This document shows positions 12,745 through 24,673 of a DNA stretch of 64,000 nucleotides, piece by piece. The stretch covers positions 64,542,001-64,606,000 of the forward strand of contig NC_043005.1 of NCBI RefSeq assembly GCF_006345805.1, in the 5' to 3' direction. The notes under the pieces are model-generated. The model saw nothing but the letters and a program-made list of their open reading frames with translations, was not told where the DNA came from and did no database searches. Every line of letters begins with the position of its first letter. Position 1 is the stretch's first letter. The position numbers were made by a program, and so were the translations under genes. This stretch comes from Octopus sinensis (lineage: Eukaryota).

Positions 12745-15159
12745 AGATGGGATACAAAGATTCTTGATAGAAAAAACACTTAGTAGCCCTCAAATGATTT
12801 GAACTTAAACTCTTGTGTTTTTATGAAGGACCAATTCAGAGTGGCTATAAGAGGAATCCAGGTGATGAGCAGATACGGAGGCAATTATGTGGATAAACAA
12901 ATTAAATAAAACAGTTTGGGTTTGTATATATACATATACATGCAAATAGAAAGAAAGCAAAGACTGAAGATTTTCGGACGATGAATATTTAAGTATAAAT
13001 ACATAGATATTTATGTATTGGAACAACAGAGAAAATTAAAGAGGATGAAGTAAGGTGTTACAGGTTTGACAGCTGTTTCTGGGGTTTGGGGATCCATTAT
13101 AATGGTGATAGATGTAGTTTACCAAAAAATGCAGCCTGTAATGGAAGCAAATAAATATTGGATGAATTGAGTCTCCATCATCAGGGTAGGGAATATCTTA
13201 CATTTCAGATCATGATGCAGAGACTTTTAAAAGTGAACTGTTTAAATGTGGAGAGCAGGCAGTACTGGAGGGAGGAAGTAGGCGATTCAGTGGGGGTGTT
13301 GAGGCAGGGAAGGGTGAAGTGGGATAAGAAAGTTAGTTCACAAAGATGGGGTGGAGGAGAGGGTTAACAATCAGGGTATTGAGAGAGGTAGGAGTAGAGG
13401 TGGTGAGTTGAGAGATGAGTGACAGGGATGGGATAGGGAGTAATTGAAGGGTAGACAGTTATAGCTGGTTTGTGAAAAGGTGTCACAGTTTAGGGATAAT
13501 GGCTATAGAATTATGGGAAGTTGAGACAGTGAGAAAGGGGAGGGCAATTATTAAATGCTTATAGTGTGGCTAAGGGGGAATTCAAAGAAAGTAGTTAGGT
13601 TGGCATGGAAGGGTGATTCCTAAGTTATATAGAAAGGCATGAGAGAAGATGGAGAGAGGTGGACAGAATGGGGGAGGTAAGTTGATAGTCAAGGCAGCAG
13701 TTAGTGCTAAATGGTTGGGGCTGGAGGGACAGAATCAAATAATGATGGTGAGTTGGCAGTGGAGGGGAAGTACTGAGGTATGTAGAAGTGTGTATGAGAG
13801 AAAACAGAGGGAAGTGGATAGAGAGAGAGAGAAGGTGGGGTGGATAGGTTGATAGCTAAGGCAGTGGGGGTAGTTGTAAGTTGTTTTGGTTGAAGAGGAG
13901 ATAGGACAAAATACCCACACATATAAAGAAAGAGTGAGAGAGAGAGAGAAAGATAAAGACAGAACAGAATTGTTAAGAAAACTTAGCTGTATTATACATA
14001 GTGACTATCTCTAGCCAAAATTGAGAAAAATCAATATGAATCAATGAATAAATATTATTTTCAGTTTTCCAGCAAGTCCAGTCTTATACCAACTTCGTGA
14101 AACTGAGACTACTTAGCACTTTCTTTGATTTCCCTTCTTCAGTATGTGCGTACAATCAAGTATGTTTTCTAAATGATCCTTTCATTACTAATTTGGCAAG
14201 TACAGCGAAGTCGATGCTTTGCTGATGGAGTCAGAATAGCAACCAAAACATGTTAGAAAATGCATTAGTCATTTACTGATAGTTTAATTTTTTTCTTTAC
14301 TGCATATCTATTCCAAGTTGGCTTCTTAATGCTCTCTACATTAAATAATGGCAACATTAAGGAAACAAAGAATTAGGTGTGCAGTGTCAAATTACAGAAC
14401 GAAACACCAACAGTGGACAGAAAGTCAATTCTTCAGATCTCATACCACAATATGATATCCACTTGGATAGTTACTTTTTGCATTTGCCAATGTGGACAAA
14501 GTCTGTGAATGAAAGTGTGGACTGGCACCTACTTTCAGCCAGTTAGATAAATTAAAATAAGCTAAAATGAATTATTCAAAATTATTCAAATGAATAAACA
14601 ATAATTAACAGCTAATTGTTGTATTTTTAAAATAAAGAAACTCTATAGCAGGCATAGCTCTATGGTTAAAGAATTTGTTTTGAAACTACATGGCTTGGGA
14701 TTTGATCCTACTTCGTGATACCTAGGACAAGTGTTGTTAACATAGCTCTGCACTGCCCAATGTTTTGAGAGTGAAATTTGTAGACAAAAACTATGCATGC
14801 ATGTGTGTGTGTATGTGTATGGATCTAACTCATACCACCATGGAAAAATGAATTTAAAAACAATGATGATGGTTAATTATGATGATGCAGGTGCGTATGT
14901 GTTGGTATATATTTTTCACTAATATATACTAGCAAAAGACATAAGTCACAGAATCACTCCTACTCCAAAAAATTGCATTACTTCTTTTGATATTTGTTTT
15001 CCACAAAGTTATACAGAGATTCCCCTGGTACTCTCATTGTAGGACATTTATTGAATCAGTGACAACTCACAAGAAACTTGTAATCGATGGTGTTGCTGCT
15101 TGCCAATTGCAATATAAAATAAAAGTATACAAATCACTTATCAATGATATGGGTATTAC

Positions 15160-15300
15160 CTCCTTAGATACTTTCTCAAACCAATTCTTATCGTCTACAT
15201 TGATAAAGCGGTCAACCAACACTCTAGTGCATTCGTGTTTCCAAAGACAAACAATACTTTCTGCTGAGTTGATAACCTCTGCTTCACTTTTCAACATGCC
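15160..15300 (-). CDS. DNAH5: Dynein heavy chain exon
   Basis: ttcag|GGC; GMLKSEAEVINSAESIVCLWKHECTRVLVDRFINVDDKNWFEKVSKE; donor GAG|GTAATA; 141 nt. Confidence 0.93.
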
Positions 15301-15620
15301 CTGAAATATTCAGACAGAAAATATAACCAAGTAAAGAAGAGATACAACATCTGTTATAATAAGTAAGTCATTATTTCAGCCAACCTACCAATCAGTTCTC
15401 AGATGCAAAACATATAAACATATAATCAGACTGCTACTATAAATTCATTCATCTGTTGAGGATTACAATCACCAGGCCAGACATTCTATCTGCTAGAAAT
15501 AGCAGACAGGTTTCTGTCAAAGCCCCATCTTAAACACACGCGCGCACACACACACACATACACACACATTGAATAATGTAGCTTTAGATGCGCCATTCTC
15601 ATTGTTGTCAACAATATACA

Positions 15621-15790
15621 GCGCGGGAGTGACTGTGTGATAAGTAGCTTACTTACCAACCACATGGTTCTGGGTTCAGTCCCACTGCATGGCACCTTGG
15701 GCAAGTGTCTTTTACAATAGCCTCGGGCCAACCAAAGCCTTGTGAGTAGATTTGGTAGACGGAAACTGAAAGAAGCCTGTTGTATATATG

Positions 15791-15843
<53 letters not shown>

Positions 15844-16042
15844 TTGTGTCTGTGTTTGTCCCCTTAACATTGCTTGACAACAGATGGTGGTGTGTTTCCG
15901 TCCCCGTAACTTAGTGGTTCGGCAAAAAGACCAATAGAATAAGTACTAGGCTTACAAAGAATAAGTCCTGGGGTTGATTTGCTCGACTAAAGGCGGTGCT
16001 CCAGCATAGCCACAGTCGAATGACTGAAACAAGTAAAAGAGT
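15621..16042 (+). mobile_element. SINE family A, full length
   Basis: Aligns with 6965-7367. Confidence 0.9.
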
Positions 16043-16628
16043 AAATATCATCATTATTTTATGATTATTTTCCTTTGTTGGAAAGGGTTGGATGAATCTC
16101 AAATTATCTCCCCATTCACCGTAGTCCATCATCTGGCACACTCTTAGCAAATGAGAAAACTGGCCGTCTTTGTTACGTATGTCATGTCTTTGGTATATCT
16201 TTTACGGCTGGTGCTATTCCTATCATCAGCCATATTACGACATATAATGGATTATTTGAGTCTGTTAAGTGATTGTCTTTGATAAACTAAAAAGTCATCC
16301 CTTCCCTGTAGCTATGTTTTTATTCTGAGTTGCTTGCAGAGCTAATGTCACTTCCATTTACTCTTTTCTTTTTAGTGGAGCATGGTTTCTTGGCATGATG
16401 ATACAAAATTAATAGGTTAGATTAGAAATATCTGGAATGCCTTTCCTAATACGTCTGCTGCATAAGGAATAACCAGGTCTAAGCAACAACCATTAAGAAA
16501 TGACCCTTTATTCTCCAGCCTATCATTCTGTACATACATACAAGCAAACCATAAAGAAATAAAATAGCTAAACAGATACCAAGATAATAAAAAGTTAACC
16601 GAAATATCATGAGCTCTAATCTTTTTAA

Positions 16629-16848
16629 CCCTTTCATTACCAACCCAGCTGAAACCAGCTCTGGCTCTGAGTACAAATGTCTTGTTTTCAAAAGTTTTGA
16701 ATTAAAATCTTCCCCCAAACCTTAGTCACAATTTATGTTCCTAACACTAGCTGAATGATAGCTAAGTTATTTTACGAAATTCTCTATTATATTTGAAGTA
16801 ATCAAAAGAAACACTGAACATCTCAAAATAAATTCAGTAACAAAAGGG
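16629..16848. mobile_element. piggyBac-like TTAA MITE
   Basis: TTAA-ccctttcattac...gtaacaaaaggg-TCAA; second copy at 22340-22560, partial copy at 58115-58195. Confidence 0.85.
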
Positions 16849-17444
16849 TCAATGTTTTTGGCTACATCAGTAAACTTCACTTTCTTCAAAAATTGATGTC
16901 AAGGCTTTGAAATACACTGTTACAATTCATCCTTTATAATGTGGAGCAATGTAAAGCCAGACTAGTGCATCCTTATTGAGTATATCTTCTCAATATTTCC
17001 TCTCCAAAGGTGGCAAGCTGGCAGAATTGTTAACATGCCAGGCAAAATGCTTAGCAGCATTTTGTCTGTCTTTATGTTCTGAGTTCAAATTCTGCTGTGG
17101 TTGACTTTGCTTTTCCCTGAGCACTGGGGTCGATGCAATTAACTTATCTCCTCCTGTGAAATTACTGGCCTTGTGTCAAATTTTGAAACCAATATTTCCT
17201 TTCCGTGATGTTCAGTTTGATAACCAAAACAGATAAACCCATATACATAGCAAAAAAAAAAACAAAAAAATCTATTGGCCAGATAAGGTAAAATGTAGAT
17301 TAAGTTCATCTAATCAGAAACAACAAAACTATTTTCAGTGATTTTGAATTCATTAACCCAGAGCTGGTAGATTACCACCATATCTACTCTACTGTTTTAC
17401 CTCCATATATACAGGATATAAATTCTGAACTATTTCATACAAAC

Positions 17445-17597
17445 CTGCCATATTCTACTGAGATCTCTCAAATTAAAAACATAATGAAATTTGGCTGGAG
17501 TTGGTAGCATTTTCACTTTTATATCTTGCCATAACTTTCTGGTTGCAGGTATGAGTATAGGAATCATTTCAATAACACTTTCAGGGAAGTGTCTTTC
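17445..17597 (-). CDS. DNAH5: Dynein heavy chain exon (AAA3 lid, [14 protein letters not shown])
   Basis: ttgtag|GAA; [51 protein letters not shown]; donor CAG|GTTTGT; 153 nt. Confidence 0.95.
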
Positions 17598-19337
17598 CTA
17601 CAAAAAAAAACAAAAAAAAAACAAGTTTGTTAATTTACTTGTTGCATACATGTCTATACATTTTATCTTTAGTCATAATGAAACATAAGCCCTCTTGTAC
17701 TAGAGACATATATTTATATATTCAGGATACAATACTAACTCACTTCTACTCATACATATTTTACATTTTTACTGCTATCCATTAATATAGACTGTTAACA
17801 TTTAAAACAATATAAAAGAATATCCTGCTTTAGGAATATAAATGCCTTCTATCAAAACAGTAATGTATCACTCTTATGGTTAGCTTTTAGTAATTGAAAA
17901 CAATTCTAGGCTTCATCAATAATCCAGTTCTCAACCAAATTGAATGCATTTTTTTAGCAATGATGGTTCAGTCCAAAGCTACATTTGAGATAAAATAACT
18001 GAAATTTGGGTCATTAAAAAAAAAGTTAGGCCAAAATATGTGTGGTCAAAAATGTTAAAGAAAGGCAAAAAATTGACTTTAAATAAAAAAATATCTGTTA
18101 TTTTAGCAGAAATGTATAAGATTAATTGGGTCTGAAAGAATGTGCACATTGGGAAGACAGTTTTGGAGAAACCTCATTAAAAAGTATTTGTTATGAAAAG
18201 TTGTGTGGCTTTAAATAATGAAAAAATTTTGAATCTAAGTATCTCAGCTATTGTAAAAGACACTATACAACCGTTTTGTCCAAATGAAAAGGTTCTATGA
18301 GATGAATCTTATGATAAAAGCCTCATCAAAAAATATTTGCTATAAAAAAGGTGGCTTTGAGTGACAACAAATAGGAAATCTTTTTAACAAATATTTTTAT
18401 CCTTTTAAGATATTTAACCTTATAAACGACACTATCTGATGTTATGTGTCACTTAACTTAATGGTACTGAGCACTCAACAGGAATTTGAGTGGTACAGGG
18501 TTCAGTACTCTGTAACAGCTTGCTAGCCAGTTGTTTTCCCCATTTTCTAAGGGTATGTAACCAATCTTCTAAGCTGTTTTCACAGCTATTCTGTATTCAA
18601 GATTTACTTCAGATGGAAGAGCTCTGAGAAGAATCTTATAGTGAAAACCATGTCAAAAAATATCAGTTACAAAAAGAGCTGTGTGGCCTTAACTGAAATC
18701 AAAATATTTTTGTCTTTTTAAGAAAACAAATTATTTGAACTCAAATGAAAGAGTTCATTGAAACAAATATTTTGGAGAAAACTTCGTCTATAAATATTAA
18801 ACGTACAAAATGTTATGATACTTTGCAATGTCATATTGATTATTATTATTCTGTTTATCTGTTAAAATATGTATTTATTAAAAACCTATAGAAATTTAAA
18901 ATTCCCTCATTAAAATAACTAATTATTAATTATTTAATCAGAATATAACATTATTGCATAATAAAAATTGTTTAATAAAATGTTTATTTGTAACAGATAT
19001 GCTGCTAATTAATTCTTTGTTATTTTTGTGAGCAAACAACATTTCCAAGTTTGAACAAAATCTGTATCTAAGAAATATTTGCAATAGTAACATTTTTTTC
19101 AATTCTACAAGTATTGTTTATTATAACAACAGAGGCACTGCCTGGAAAGAAAGTGGACTAGAATGGAAAATGCAAGCACAGAATCCTAGAATATTCTTAA
19201 GCATTGAACATGACAAAGTACAGGACAAGAAGGGCAAAAAACATAAAATATTGCTGCTGAAGTTAGAATTTGATAAATAAATATCTGAAATTGTTCATCA
19301 GATAGTGTGTACACTGTTTTATTTATATATATATATA

Positions 19338-19976
19338 GTGACGCATATTTGCCATTTGAATATGGCTAACCCCTAAGGGTGGATGCTACTGTAGTTTGTA
19401 GCCCCAGGAAGATATCTCCTCCAGCTGGCTATAGACACACTATCTGTGCCCTCTCAGTATCTGTGAAGGGAAGTCATCCTCCCTGTCTTCAACTCATGAT
19501 ACACACGGACTCGAGTTTCAAGGTGTTTACCTATCATCAGCGTGTGACAATCATGGTTGTCGACGAGAAGTCAGCTCCCTTCACAAATACATATACTTTT
19601 TCCAGTGTCGATTGAAACTGATATTGAAAAAGTGAAATCAAACAATGATAAATCTCAGAGCGAGTTATAAACAGTAGCGGTAACACATCGTGACGCATAT
19701 TTGCCATTTGAATATGGCTAACCCCTAAGCGTGGATGACAGGTAAACACCTTGAAACTCGAGTCCGTGTGTATCATGAGTTGAAGACAAGGAGCATGACT
19801 TCCCTTCACAGATATTGAGAGGGCACAGATAGTGTGTCTATAGCCAGCTGGAGGAGATATCTTCCTGGGGCTACAAACTACAGCAGCATCCACCCTTAGG
19901 TGTTAGCCATATTCAAATGGCAAATATGCGTCACGATGTGTTACCGCTACTGTTTATAACTCGCTCTGAGATTTAT

Positions 19977-19978
<2 letters not shown>
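19338..19978. mobile_element. (TA)n-flanked element: 352-bp direct-repeat unit plus inverted partial copy (Penelope pLTR / retrozyme-like)
   Basis: gtgacgcatatttgcc at 19338 and 19690; 19733-19978 is the reverse complement of the unit; carries a hammerhead motif. Confidence 0.85.
19490..19559 (-). ncRNA. Minimal type-I hammerhead ribozyme motif (core 19502-19546)
   Basis: CACACG-CUGAUGA-U-AGGU(AAAC)ACCU-U-GAAA-C(UCGA)G-UC^-CGUGUG; helix I extends through CAUGAU/AUCAUG and CAAC/GUUG. Confidence 0.85.
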
Positions 19979-20065
<87 letters not shown>

Positions 20066-21369
20066 TATTGCTATTCGCATCAAATAAAAAAATTTAAGTT
20101 AATATTTTTGATTAAAAAAAATTTTTGTATTAAACTATAACATTTCTGACTTATTTTTAGCATTACATTATTTTAAAAAATTTTCTTTTCATAACAAAAC
20201 TCATTATCCAAAAAGTTTTAATTAGAGATTTTGCATTATAAAATTAAATTCATGTAGAGTATATATAAATTAAAAGAATAGAAAATAGTAAAAAAAAAAT
20301 TGTTTTAAGGCAACAAAAAAATTAATTTCTTTAAAGTTTGCATCGTCAGATAACAAATTATTTAAAGTAAGAAAAATATTTTAAGACAATTAATGCTAAT
20401 GAACAAACTGAGTACAAAATGTTAAAATGATTCTAACCTTTTTTAAAAGAAAAATTAGGTATTATAATTGTGAATCTTGCTTGAATTGCTTTCAAGTGAT
20501 TGTTTTAAATATATAAATTTGTAGTATCAAATTTTTAATGTGTAAGCTTGCAGGCAATTAATCTTTTCACTAAAATTGAAAATAAACAGCTTCTAGAATA
20601 TTTTAATTCGACTTTATGTAAAAATAAAATATAAAAGGGCATTTATTACTATTTTAGTTGTAATATTCTAACTTCAGAAGCAATATTTTAAGTTTTTTTT
20701 TCTTTTCCTGTTATGTACTTTTCCAGGCTTAATGACTGCTTGTTCTGTACTTTTCCAGGTTCAATACTTGAGAACATTCTGGGGTTCTGTGGTTTTGCAG
20801 ATTGGTGTATACTTGTACTTGAATCAACTCAGTTTTAAACTGAAAAAGGTAGCTACTGTCAGCTGATGAATGAAACAGAGTAATGCATTTTGATAAAGAG
20901 CAGAGTGCAAATTTGAATTGCTAACCAGTTAGTCAGCATTCTAGTGCCTTAACAAGTAGCATGCACCCTAGTCCTTGAAGTAATTCAAGCTATGTTAAAT
21001 ACAACAGGTAAATGGAATGCAAATAATAATTTTAGTGTATCTTTGTAATGAAAACTTATTAAAAAAGGAAAAATGTAGATTCATTCCCAATTCAGTGGGG
21101 AAATATAATAAATTTTCCAGTTTAATAAAAAATATCATTATCTCCACCACTATTACCGTCCTAACATGAGTTCAGGTGGAGTGATGATTTTCAATTTAGT
21201 TAATTCAAATAATTTTTGTTACTATTTAACCAAAGAAAGATAGGAATTGTTTTCGTTTTCACTTCATATAAGTTTGTGATCCAACACCTGTTAACTATAA
21301 TAAATTACACTTCTAAAACTGAGCATAACATTCCTTTTAGCTAAGGAGAATAGTTAGCAATATCAGAGG

Positions 21370-22210
21370 AAGGTTAACAGAGAAAGTAGTCTTTGTGTCT
21401 GGCAGATATATGAGTAAAATAAACACTACAAATGAAGAGAAAATAGACTTCGTCAAATGCCAGGAGAGACACTTAGAAATAGTCGTTAGCTTACATTATC
21501 TGTATGACCATGTCAGTAGTGGAGGTGGGAGCTCCAAGAGCATAGCAGCTAGGATAAGAATAGGCTGGGCAAAATTCAGAGAACTTCTACTTTTGTTGAT
21601 AATAGAGGGCCTCTTCCCCAGAGTGAAAGGCAGATTCCAAGTGAAACAATGGCTGTGACTGCAGAGGACATGTGAAAGCTTGAAAGAAATGAAGCTAGTA
21701 TGCTTCACTGGATGGGCAATATCAGTGTGCATCTACAAGAGAGTGTAAGCATCTTGAGAGATATATTGGGCATAAGAGGCATCAGATGTAGTGGGCAAGA
21801 GAGAAAACTGGCTGGCATGGTGTTGTGATGCATATGCATGATGAGGACAGCTGTGTAAAGAAGTGCTGATCTCTAACTGTAGTGGGAATTTGTGGAAGAG
21901 GTAGACCAGGAAGACATGGCATGAGGTGGTGAAGCATGATCTTTGGAGGTAATGACAAGTGATTGAGACCTTTGGCAATTTGCTCTACTTGAAAAGACAT
22001 GTCAAGCCAAGTGAAATCATAGTCATAGCCAGTGCTGGTGATGTGTAACAGTCACCCACTATACTCTTGGATTGGTTGGTGTTAGGAAGGGTATCCAGCT
22101 GTAGAGATCATGCCAAATCAGACTGAAGCCTGGTACTGCTCTCCAGCTTTCTAGTTCCTATCAAATTGTCTAACCCATGCCAGCATGGAAAACGGACACA
22201 AAATGATGAT
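21370..22210 (+). mobile_element. 5'-truncated RTE-clade LINE (RT C-terminus plus 3' UTR)
   Basis: SIAARIRIGWAKFRELL...LERNEASMLHWM followed by the family C tail ending aaatgatgat. Confidence 0.85.
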
Positions 22211-22339
22211 ATATTAATATGTATTTAAAATAAAACAAAAAAAACTGGAATCCATGGAAACTAGTAAATTGTATCTCAGCAAAAATGAATAAAAAGTCAG
22301 AAAGTAAAAGAAAAAAAAAAACAGAAAGCAACCCATTAA

Positions 22340-22560
22340 CCCTTTTGTTACCAACCTGGCTGAAACTGGCTCTGGCTCTGAGTACAAATGTCTTGTTTTC
22401 ATGAGTTTTGAATTAAAATCTTCCACCAAACCTTAGTCACAATTTATGTTCCTAACACTAGCTAAATGATAACTAAGCTATTTTACTAAATTCTTTGTTA
22501 TATCTAAAAGTAATTGAAAGAAACACAGAGCATCTCAAAATAAATACAGTAACAAAAGGG
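22340..22560. mobile_element. piggyBac-like TTAA MITE
   Basis: TTAA-cccttttgttac...gtaacaaaaggg-TTAA, perfect TSD and TIR. Confidence 0.9.
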
Positions 22561-22707
22561 TTAAATATATTTTGCTGTTAGAAAAGTAGTGGTGAGTGTT
22601 AATACTTAAGAGGAGAACTTTTCTATTTACTAAATTTAAAGATAGTCAGAGGAAAAAAGTTTGGCAACAAATACAAAGCATTTAAAAGTGTTGTAAAATG
22701 TCTGTAC

Positions 22708-22950
22708 CTTGCAAAAATGTCCACAACCAATAGTTTGAAAAATTTGATCAACAGAATTGTTTGAAGGCAGAGTACAGTTAAAGATAGAGAACTGACGTTT
22801 GAGTCTCTGAGGAATATCATTTCGGCCTCCTCCAGGATGAATCATTGCAGCCAACAACTGGATATCAGTAATTGTTGTAAATTCTCCAGGTTTTTCAAGG
22901 TTATAGAATCCATTCATTTCTATCATTTGCCGAGTAATTTCATTTGTGAC
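22708..22950 (-). CDS. DNAH5: Dynein heavy chain exon (AAA3)
   Basis: tatag|GTC; [81 protein letters not shown]; donor AAG|GTACAG; 243 nt. Confidence 0.95.
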
Positions 22951-23834
22951 CTATAAATACCAAAAACAGATTCCAACTTCTATATTAGAAATATTATAAT
23001 TACATTAATTATATTTTCATTACATAGTTATGCATGCATCAAGAATACTGGGTTTGTTTTCAGAGCCAGAAAATAACCCAGACCAATATAACTGCTAATG
23101 ATAGACACAACTCAGCTAAGATTACATTTGGAACACTTACATTCTGATCCTAAAAAATAAATTCTGAATTATTCAATAAAATTAATGGGGTTAATTGCTT
23201 GAGCAACCTTTTGAGATCAGTCATACTCCCGTGACTAGGGAGTAAAAGTTGTGATACTCAAAGTTCTCTCAAAGCCATTTATAGACCATATGAAATAACT
23301 ACTACCAAGAATTAAACCTGAGTGACAGATTTTATTTGAAAAAGACTAATTGCTTATGTTATTGTGCTTCCCCATCTTTCTTATACCATAAAGAAATAAA
23401 ATATCTTTTGCATGCAGATTGTCATTCAATAATACTCAATAACCACTTGTGCATGGACTTCCTTTGTTTACGCTATTACAGTATTATTATTTGTTCTGTT
23501 GAATTTGCTGACTGTTATCTGTTTGTGCCTAAACTCATTTAATGTATTTGTCCTTGTCTTTGTATTATCTCAGTGTATTTCAATCTTTCCATAGTGCCAC
23601 CCCAAACACATTACCTGGTTGTTGCTTCTGGATCTATCCTTATTTCCATGAATTTCATTAATATTTATTGTCATTCCAACAAAAACTAATCTAAAAGATT
23701 TCAAAGTGAATATTAACAGAATGAACATCAGGCAGCTATTAAAATCTCCTTGTCTCATAACAAGAGAGTGCTATAAGCACTGCTTCATCAAAAGTAAGTT
23801 TATACATTATATTTTTTAAAATCTTTTTCAGAAC

Positions 23835-24076
23835 AAAATATAAGGTCCTAAATTAGCTGGTACCCTTCAACATATATAGTGTGGTATGTCAAGTCAATCT
23901 GAGGATTTTCCTGATTATTATTACCAAGGACAGCAAAATACTTCCCTTGTGCATGGCATAAAATATAAGGTCCTAAATTAGCTGGTATCCTTCAACATAT
24001 AAAGTATGGTATGTCAAGTTAACCCTGAGGATTTTCCCATGATTATTGTTAGCAAAGAGAGCAAAATAGTTCCCTT
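23835..24076. repeat. Tandem duplication, period 125 bp
   Basis: aaaatataaggtcctaaattagctggta at 23835 and 23960. Confidence 0.9.
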
Positions 24077-24205
24077 AATTGTTTGTACTTAATTGATATA
24101 TTAGTATAAATAAAATCAGATTCTCTGGATGTTGGATCTCATAGACAAGATTTAAATTAGATTGTAATTTGTGGTACAACAGATATGTGTAAAGTTTGCC
24201 AGCAC

Positions 24206-24586
24206 AGAAAAATGGGTTTTAAATTCCTTTCCTGCTACTATAAGAATCTCCATGACGGTAAACATACTTTTTTTACGAAGGTAAAGAGAAAAACAATGAA
24301 TCAACATGACCAGGATTAATTATATATGCGTTTTGAGAATAAAGCAATTTGAATTTTACTTACTTCTCTCTTCAGTATAATACTTTCAAATTTTATTAAA
24401 AAATGGGAAATATTATACTGAAGAGAGAAGTAAGTAAAATTCAAATTACTTTAATCTCAAAACGCGTATATAATTAATCCTGGTCATGTTGATTCATTGT
24501 TTTTCTCTTTACCTTCATAAAAAAGTATGTTTACCATCATGGAGATTCTTATAGTAGCAGGAAAGGAATTTCTAACTCCTTTTTCT
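24206..24586. repeat. Fold-back inverted repeat (~175-bp arms, ~30-bp spacer) with a hammerhead-like motif in each arm
   Basis: 24221-24382 is a near-perfect reverse complement of 24411-24571. Confidence 0.9.
24412..24474 (+). ncRNA. Minimal hammerhead-like motif, G12 to A
   Basis: AUUAUA-CUGAAGA-GAGA...UCUC-AAAA-CGCG-UA^-UAUAAU; mirror copy on the minus strand at 24319-24381. Confidence 0.7.
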
Positions 24587-24631
24587 AATTTCGGTATGTG
24601 GTGAAGCAGTTAGCTGAACCCTAATTATAAT

Positions 24632-24673
<42 letters not shown>

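Noticed and set aside
14100-14265. Two very degenerate hammerhead-like strings (GAAA GUGC UA on minus; CUGAUGG...AAAA CAUG UU on plus)
   Set aside because: Too many core and stem defects to support without a family consensus.
19379-19893. Two near-identical ORFs on opposite strands (MDATVVCSPRK / MDAAVVCSPRK)
   Set aside because: By-product of the inverted duplication; non-ATG starts and no recognisable domain.
20320-20352. Minus-strand CUGACGA...GAAA UUAA UU
   Set aside because: No stem II pairing; the palindrome is expected by chance in AT-rich sequence.
20855-20890. CTGATGA-AT-GAAA hammerhead look-alike
   Set aside because: No stem II, no palindromic helix III and no helix I.
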